Positions 58,603-64,000 of a stretch of 64,000 nucleotides of DNA are shown piece by piece. The notes under the pieces were generated by a model, which searched no databases, had not been told where the DNA came from, and was given only the letters and a program-made list of their open reading frames with translations. The first letter of the stretch is position 1, and each line of letters starts with the position of its first letter. Origin of the DNA: Candidatus Omnitrophota bacterium (GTDB lineage: Bacteria > Omnitrophota > Gorgyraeia > 1-14-0-20-64-10); NCBI GenBank assembly GCA_023818695.1, contig JAMWCF010000001.1:3538-67537 (forward strand). Direction: 5' to 3'. The position numbers were made by a program, and so were the translations under genes.

Positions 58603-59543
58603 GGGTGGTTTTGGTGAACGAGGCGGGTGATCTGCAGGGCCAAGTCCAGCGCGTCCCGGGCCTCCTGGCCGGAGACTGGCGGCGGCCGCTTGTGTTGGAT
58701 CGCCTCCAGGAAGGCGGCCAGCTCCGCTTTCAGCGGTTCTTCCGGGGCGATCCGGAGCCGTTCGTGGGTGATGCGCCCTATCCGGCCCTTTTTTGTGCCG
58801 GGCAGATGCCGGAAGATCTCCACCCGCTGCTTCAAAAGATCCATGGAAACGTAGGTGTCGGCTTGGAAGATGCGGAACTTTCGCATCGCCTTGTTGGAGA
58901 TCCGGCTGGCGGTGAGGTTGGCCACGGCGCCGTTCTGGAAGGCGATTCTGGCGTTGGCGATATCTTCGGAGGAAGTCAGGACCCGCACCCCGACGGCATC
59001 CACCCGTTTCACGGGACTTTTGACCAGCCCCAGCAGGATATCGATGTCGTGGATCATCAGGTCCAGGACGACCCCAACCTCCGTGCCACGGGGCTGGAAA
59101 GCGGCCAGTCGATGAGTCTCGATGAAGCGGGGATTGCTCAAGGAATCCCGGACCCGCCGAAAGGCGGCGTTGAACCGCTCCACATGCCCGACCTGCAGGA
59201 TGGCCCCTGTTTTTGCGGAGATCCCCAGGAGCTGATCCGCCTGTTCGACGGTGTTGGTGATCGGTTTCTCCACCAGGGTGTGGATTCCCTTGGCGAGGAA
59301 GGCCTGTGCGATACGGAAGTGCTCCTGGGTCGGAACGGCGACGGAGACGGCGTCGACCTGGCCGATCAGTTCCTGGAAGTCCTTTACCGCCTTGCAATGG
59401 TATTGGCGGGCGAGGGTCTTCGCCTGTTCCGGGCGCAGGTCGCAGACCGCAACCAATTGTGCTGATTCAAGTTGTGAGTATATTCTGGCATGGATCGAGC
59501 CCAGATGCCCGACGCCGACTACGGCAACTTTGATAGGTTCCAT
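58599..59543 (-). CDS. Gfo/Idh/MocA oxidoreductase, GnnA-like (candidate UDP-GlcNAc 3-dehydrogenase)
   Basis: GVGHLG Rossmann motif, VEKP, GHVERFN, DLMIHDID; ATGA-coupled to lpxB. Confidence 0.8.
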   Translation of the reverse strand: MEPIKVAVVGVGHLGSIHARIYSQLESAQLVAVCDLRPEQAKTLARQYHCKAVKDFQELIGQVDAVSVAVPTQEHFRIAQAFLAKGIHTLVEKPITNTVEQADQLLGISAKTGAILQVGHVERFNAAFRRVRDSLSNPRFIETHRLAAFQPRGTEVGVVLDLMIHDIDILLGLVKSPVKRVDAVGVRVLTSSEDIANARIAFQNGAVANLTASRISNKAMRKFRIFQADTYVSMDLLKQRVEIFRHLPGTKKGRIGRITHERLRIAPEEPLKAELAAFLEAIQHKRPPPVSGQEARDALDLALQITRLVHQNHP

Positions 59544-59571
59544 CGTCCTAAGTCCTTGATTGTGATGGGGT

Positions 59572-59589
59572 AGTATAGCATGGTAGAAT
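59572..59589. promoter_or_regulatory. Back-to-back extended -10 promoters (bidirectional)
   Basis: Minus-strand TGCTATACT (59572-59580) abuts plus-strand TGGTAGAAT (59581-59589). Confidence 0.6.
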
Positions 59590-59599
59590 CGTTGTTTCG

Positions 59600-61387
59600 A
59601 TGAAGAATTACCTCAAGCTCTTGCCGTTCCTGAAGCCCCATTCCGGGCTGATTGCCGCCGCCTTCGTTTTCATGCTGGCAACCAGTCTCTTCGAAGGGGT
59701 CTCTCTGGGGATGATCGTGCCGCTGATCGACATGGTTTTGCTCAACAAGTCGGTTGACCTGCCGGAGTGGGCCCCCTCCTTTCTGACCTCCGGCGTCGCA
59801 TTTCTGGATGGGATGAACCCTTTGAGCAAGCTCAACGCGATCGTCGGCGTTTCCATCGTCCTTTTCGTGCTGAAGAACCTGTGCATCTTCTTTCAGAAGT
59901 ATCTGATGAACGACGTGGCGATGAAGTTCCTGCGGGACACCCGCAACGCCCTTTACCGACACTATGAAACACTCTCCCTCGATTTCTTCGGCGGAGAGAA
60001 GACGGGCGACATGGTCTCCCGCATGACCAGCGACGTCTCGGTCCTCCACAACACGCTCGTCGAGGGGATCACGGACCTGGTTTACAACTCCACCCGGGCC
60101 CTCGTGTTCATGCTGATGGCGGTCCTGATCGACGTCCGGTTGGCGCTGGTGGTCCTGCTGCTTTTGCCGGCGATCGGCTACCCGGTTGTCCGGATCGGCA
60201 AGGCTCTGCGCAAGCTCGGTGTGCTGGCCCAGCAGAGGATGGCCGATATCAACAGCCATCTGATAGAGACCTTCCAGGGAATCCGGATCATCAAGGCGTT
60301 CACCGCCGAGGAGACGGCAGCCGCCCGTTTCGGGAAGGTCAACCAGGAGTATTACAAGGCCAACATCAAGACGGTGAAGAGACGGGAGGCGTTGGGGGCG
60401 ATCACGGAGATCATCGGCGTCGCCGCGGGACTTTTTGTGCTGGAAGTCGGAGGGCGAGCGGTTTTGAGCGGCCAGCTGTCGCCCGGCGTCTTCGTGCTGT
60501 TCATCGGCTCTCTGATGTCCCTGCTGCCGCCGGTCAAGAAATTAAGCCGCCTGCATTCCATCCACCAGCACGCGGTGGTCGCGGCCAAACGGATCGTCTC
60601 CATTCTTGATGTAAAATCGACGGTCGCCGAATCTCCCGCGGCCGTCGATCTGCCCCGTTTTCAAAAAGAGATCCGGTTTGAGGACGTTTGGTTCAAATAC
60701 CAGGACCAGTACATCCTGCAGGGGATCAACCTGTCCATCCCCGCAGGACGGGTTCTGGGGATCGTCGGCTCCAGCGGGGCCGGGAAGACAACCCTCCTGA
60801 ACCTGATTCCCCGGTTTTACGATCCGGTCAAGGGGCGGATCCTGATCGATGGGCAGGATATCAGGCAGGCGACCCTGCGCTCGCTCCGTTCGCAGATCGG
60901 GCTGGTGACGCAGGACCCGTTCCTTTTCAACGACACGGTCAGGGCGAACATCTCTTTCGGGTTTCCGGCGGCCGATGAGCAGGCGATCGTCGCGGCGGCC
61001 AAAGCCGCCAACGCCGACTCCTTCATCCGGAATCTGCCCAACGGATATGACACGGTTGTGGGGGACCTGGGAAACCGCCTATCGGGCGGGGAGCGCCAGC
61101 GGATCGCCATCGCCAGGGCCATTTTGAAGGATCCGCCGATTCTGATCCTGGATGAAGCCACCTCCCAGCTGGATTCCGAGTCAGAATTGCTGGTGCAGGA
61201 GGCGCTGGACCGGCTGATGAAGGGCCGGACGGTTTTCGTGATCTCCCACCGGTTTTCGGCCATCCGCGGGGCCGATCAGATCATCGTTCTGGAAGGGGGC
61301 AGGGTGGTGGAGAGCGGCCGACACGAGGATCTCCTGAAGGATTCCGCTATCTATAAGCGGCTGTATGAATTGCAGGTTGCGCAGTAA
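59600..61387 (+). CDS. msbA: Lipid A export ABC transporter MsbA-like
   Basis: TM domain plus GSSGAGKT, LSGGERQR, DEATSQLD; next to lpxB. Confidence 0.85.
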   Translation: MKNYLKLLPFLKPHSGLIAAAFVFMLATSLFEGVSLGMIVPLIDMVLLNKSVDLPEWAPSFLTSGVAFLDGMNPLSKLNAIVGVSIVLFVLKNLCIFFQKYLMNDVAMKFLRDTRNALYRHYETLSLDFFGGEKTGDMVSRMTSDVSVLHNTLVEGITDLVYNSTRALVFMLMAVLIDVRLALVVLLLLPAIGYPVVRIGKALRKLGVLAQQRMADINSHLIETFQGIRIIKAFTAEETAAARFGKVNQEYYKANIKTVKRREALGAITEIIGVAAGLFVLEVGGRAVLSGQLSPGVFVLFIGSLMSLLPPVKKLSRLHSIHQHAVVAAKRIVSILDVKSTVAESPAAVDLPRFQKEIRFEDVWFKYQDQYILQGINLSIPAGRVLGIVGSSGAGKTTLLNLIPRFYDPVKGRILIDGQDIRQATLRSLRSQIGLVTQDPFLFNDTVRANISFGFPAADEQAIVAAAKAANADSFIRNLPNGYDTVVGDLGNRLSGGERQRIAIARAILKDPPILILDEATSQLDSESELLVQEALDRLMKGRTVFVISHRFSAIRGADQIIVLEGGRVVESGRHEDLLKDSAIYKRLYELQVAQ

Positions 61388-61395
61388 ATTTTTTC

Positions 61396-61404
61396 TGGTA
61401 AAAT
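61396..61404 (+). promoter_or_regulatory. Extended -10 promoter of rpsB-tsf-pyrH-frr
   Basis: TGGTAAAAT upstream of rpsB. Confidence 0.55.
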
Positions 61405-61415
61405 AATTGTTTACT

Positions 61416-62387
61416 ATGGTGGAGCCACTGATGAAAGAGTTGATTGAAGCAGGCGTCCATTTCGGACACCAAACGAGCCGCTGGAATCCCAAGATGAAGC
61501 GATTCATCTTCGGCGAGAAGAGCGGCGTTTATATCGTCGACTTGGAAAAGACCGTCAAGGGCCTCACGGAGGCGAGGGAGTTTTTGCGCTCCGTGGCCCA
61601 GCAGGGCGGCTCGATCCTTTTCGTTGGCACCAAGCGGCAGGCGCAGGCCATCGTGGCGGAGGAGGCGGTCCGCTGCGGCCAGTTCTACGTGAACCTGCGA
61701 TGGCTGGGCGGGCTGTTGACCAATTTCCAGACGATCCAGAAATCGATCCAGCGTTTAAAGCTTATTCGGGAGGGGCGTAAATCAGGTGCCTTGGAGCAGA
61801 TGACCAAAAAGGAAGCCGCTCGGCAGATGACGGAACTCGCCAAGCTGGAAAAAACCCTTTCAGGCATTCTGGAGATGAACCAGCTGCCGAAAGCGATTTA
61901 CGTCATTGACGCTAAGAGGGAAGAGACGGCCGTGAAGGAGGCGGTCCGGCTCGGCATCCCGGTGGTCGGGCTGGTGGACACCAACAGCGATCCGGACCCG
62001 ATCGAGTATGTGATCCCCGGCAACGACGATTCGATCCGTTCCATCCGCTTGATCACCTCCCGGCTGGCCGATGCTATCCAGGAAGGCCGCCAGATCTATC
62101 TGGCCAATCAAGCGGAAGAACAGGCCAGGCGGGCGAAGGAGGAGGCGGAGAAAGTTGCTTTGGAAGAGAAGGAGGCGGCCGCCGCCTTGCAGCGCCAGCA
62201 GGCAACCGCGGGTGATCCCGCCGCCGAGGGAGCTGTTCCCGTTTCGTTGGTGGATGAAGTGGAACAGATCATGCCGAAAGAGGCCATCAAGGTGGAAGAG
62301 GAAGGGATCACCAAGAGGCGCAAGGTTGTGAAGGCCAAAGAGGAAACGAAGGGGGAAGCAGCCAAGGAGGCCGGGGAAGAGCCATGA
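61416..62387 (+). CDS. rpsB: 30S ribosomal protein S2 (start 61416 or 61431)
   Basis: [22 protein letters not shown]. Confidence 0.97.
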   Translation: MVEPLMKELIEAGVHFGHQTSRWNPKMKRFIFGEKSGVYIVDLEKTVKGLTEAREFLRSVAQQGGSILFVGTKRQAQAIVAEEAVRCGQFYVNLRWLGGLLTNFQTIQKSIQRLKLIREGRKSGALEQMTKKEAARQMTELAKLEKTLSGILEMNQLPKAIYVIDAKREETAVKEAVRLGIPVVGLVDTNSDPDPIEYVIPGNDDSIRSIRLITSRLADAIQEGRQIYLANQAEEQARRAKEEAEKVALEEKEAAAALQRQQATAGDPAAEGAVPVSLVDEVEQIMPKEAIKVEEEGITKRRKVVKAKEETKGEAAKEAGEEP

Positions 62388-62962
62388 CGGCCGTGAGCGC
62401 CGATCAGATCAAGACGCTGCGGGAGCAGACAGGGGCCGGCTACATGGAGTGCAAGAAGGCCCTGACCGAAGCCAAGGGGAGCATGGAAGGAGCTGTTCGG
62501 ATCCTCCGCGCCAAGGGGGCGGCGATCGCCACGGAAAAAGCGGGTCGGGAAGCGCGCCAGGGGGTGATCGGCAGCTACGTCCACGCCGGCCGGATCGGCG
62601 TTCTGGTGGAGGTTAACTGCGAGACCGATTTCGTGGCCCGGAACGACCAATTCAAGCGGTTTGTCAACGAGATCTGCCTGCAGGTGGCCTCCATGAACCC
62701 GGCGTATGTCAGCCGGGAGGAGGTGCCCGCGGAGGAGTTGACGGCCGCCGGCCTCAACGGCGAAGAGGCCAGGAAGGCCTACGCGGAGAAGTTTTACAAA
62801 GAGCAGGTCCTCTTGGACCAGCCCTATGTGCGGGACCCCAGCAAGACCGTTCAGGGGCTTTTGCACGAGACCGTCAACAGCATTCGGGAAAACATTGTGA
62901 TACGCCGGTTTGTCCGTATCGTTTTAGGAGAGTCACTGGATTCAAAGCGTCATCCCAGCTGA
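62384..62962 (+). CDS. tsf: Elongation factor Ts (short form)
   Basis: [23 protein letters not shown]. Confidence 0.97.
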   Translation: MTAVSADQIKTLREQTGAGYMECKKALTEAKGSMEGAVRILRAKGAAIATEKAGREARQGVIGSYVHAGRIGVLVEVNCETDFVARNDQFKRFVNEICLQVASMNPAYVSREEVPAEELTAAGLNGEEARKAYAEKFYKEQVLLDQPYVRDPSKTVQGLLHETVNSIRENIVIRRFVRIVLGESLDSKRHPS

Positions 62963-62966
62963 AAAG

Positions 62967-63701
62967 ATGGCTAAAACAGCCCATCGCCCCGTCTACAAGC
63001 GCATCGTCCTGAAGCTAAGCGGGGAAGCCCTTCAATCCTCCGGAAATGACCAGAGCATCGATTCACAGCTGACCCACCGGATTGCCGCCCAGATCAAAGA
63101 AATCCAAAAATTAGGAATTCAGATCGGCGTGGTGATCGGGGGGGGCAACATCATCCGGGGGACCGGCGTCACCGCGAGGACGCAGGGGATCGACCGGACG
63201 ACGGCCGACTACATGGGGATGCTGGCGACGGTCATCAACTCACTGGCTTTACAGGACGCTCTGGAGAAACAGGGGTGCTTTACCCGCGTGCAGACGGCCA
63301 TTCACATGGAGGAGCTTGCGGAGCCGTACATCCGCCGCCGCGCCATCCGCCATCTGGAAAAGGGCAGGGTCGTCATCTTCGCGGGCGGGACCGGCAACCC
63401 TTATTTCTCGACGGATACGGCGGCCGCTCTGCGGGCGATCGAAATCGACGCGGAGGCGGTCTTAAAAGCGACCAAGGTTGACGGTGTCTATTCAGCCGAT
63501 CCGAACCGCGATAAGAAAGCGGTCAAGTTCAAGAGCTTGAAGTACATCGATGTCCTCAACAAGGGACTGCAGGTGATGGATGCGACGGCGGTCAGTCTGT
63601 GCATGGATCACCGGCTGCCGATCATCGTGTTTAACCTGACTCGTCCGGACAACATCAAAAGGGTTGTCATGGGAGAGTCCATAGGGACGGTGGTGAAATA
63701 A
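62967..63701 (+). CDS. pyrH: UMP kinase
   Basis: [27 protein letters not shown]. Confidence 0.97.
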   Translation: MAKTAHRPVYKRIVLKLSGEALQSSGNDQSIDSQLTHRIAAQIKEIQKLGIQIGVVIGGGNIIRGTGVTARTQGIDRTTADYMGMLATVINSLALQDALEKQGCFTRVQTAIHMEELAEPYIRRRAIRHLEKGRVVIFAGGTGNPYFSTDTAAALRAIEIDAEAVLKATKVDGVYSADPNRDKKAVKFKSLKYIDVLNKGLQVMDATAVSLCMDHRLPIIVFNLTRPDNIKRVVMGESIGTVVK

Positions 63702-63702
63702 A

Positions 63703-64000
63703 ATGCCAGAATCCAAACCAGCTGTAACGAATATCCAGTCTGTTTTGCGTGATTCGGAAGCCAAGATGCAGAAGGCCATCGAGGCCGTCACGAAGGAGTT
63801 TGCCTCCATCCGGACCGGCCGCGCGGCGCCGTCTCTCGTGGAGGGGATTCGCGTGGAGTATTACGGGGCTCCCACGCCGCTGAAACAGTTGGCCGCGATC
63901 AACACGCCGGACCCCAAGCTCCTGACGATCCAGCCGTGGGATCTCAACGCCTTGCCCGAAATAGAGAAAGCCCTCATGAAATCGGATCTGGGGCTTTCCC
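63703..64000 (+). CDS. frr: Ribosome recycling factor (partial, runs off the window)
   Basis: Manual translation ..KMQKAIEAVTKEFASIRTGRA..YYGAPTPLKQLA..IQPWD..IEKALMKSDLG. Confidence 0.95.
   Translation, partial: MPESKPAVTNIQSVLRDSEAKMQKAIEAVTKEFASIRTGRAAPSLVEGIRVEYYGAPTPLKQLAAINTPDPKLLTIQPWDLNALPEIEKALMKSDLGLS

Noticed and set aside
57430-59397. 655-aa ORF suggesting an N-terminally extended LpxB
   Set aside because: The first 265 codons overlap the oxidoreductase gene in another frame and are low-quality Arg/Gly/Pro sequence; the real start is 58602 with an ATGA overlap
1-64000. CRISPR arrays, rRNA genes, transposases, prophage genes
   Set aside because: No regularly spaced repeats or such coding signatures found by reading

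Overview
GC-rich (visually about 60%), gene-dense core-genome segment of a diderm, LPS-making bacterium. The LpxC-FabZ fusion, zinc-ribbon SpoVG and gene order suggest the PVC group, most plausibly Omnitrophota (inference). Contents in order: a Pho-box-preceded phosphate module (small ORF, porin, pstSCAB, phoU); an envelope cluster (GHL10 hydrolase, short TamB-like protein); purB-purSL-purQ-purF-purM-purD-purE; tsaC-ywlE-rpiB-glyA-nrdR; maf and a SurA-like gene; hisG and an unannotated 29-aa bS22-like ribosomal protein; TPR/FtsH-like/lipoprotein genes; ispE-spoVG-tRNA-Gln-clpX-glmU-prs-rplY-pth-rpsF-ssb-rpsR-rplI-dnaB; bamA-skp-lpxD-lpxC/fabZ-lpxI; a nitrogen island (nadE, actinobacterial-type GlnR, porin, amtB, glnK, two glnA); an orphan secreted protein of about 970 aa; lpxB, a gnnA-like gene, msbA; rpsB-tsf-pyrH-frr (partial). 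No CRISPR array, rRNA or clear mobile element was seen. Most interesting: (1) the orphan secreted protein has two SAGLE motifs bracketing a cargo that begins with what look like two tandem CsrA-like domains, a candidate host-manipulating effector or export substrate; (2) a GlnR-type regulator with matching 11-bp-period boxes at two nitrogen promoters in a diderm organism.
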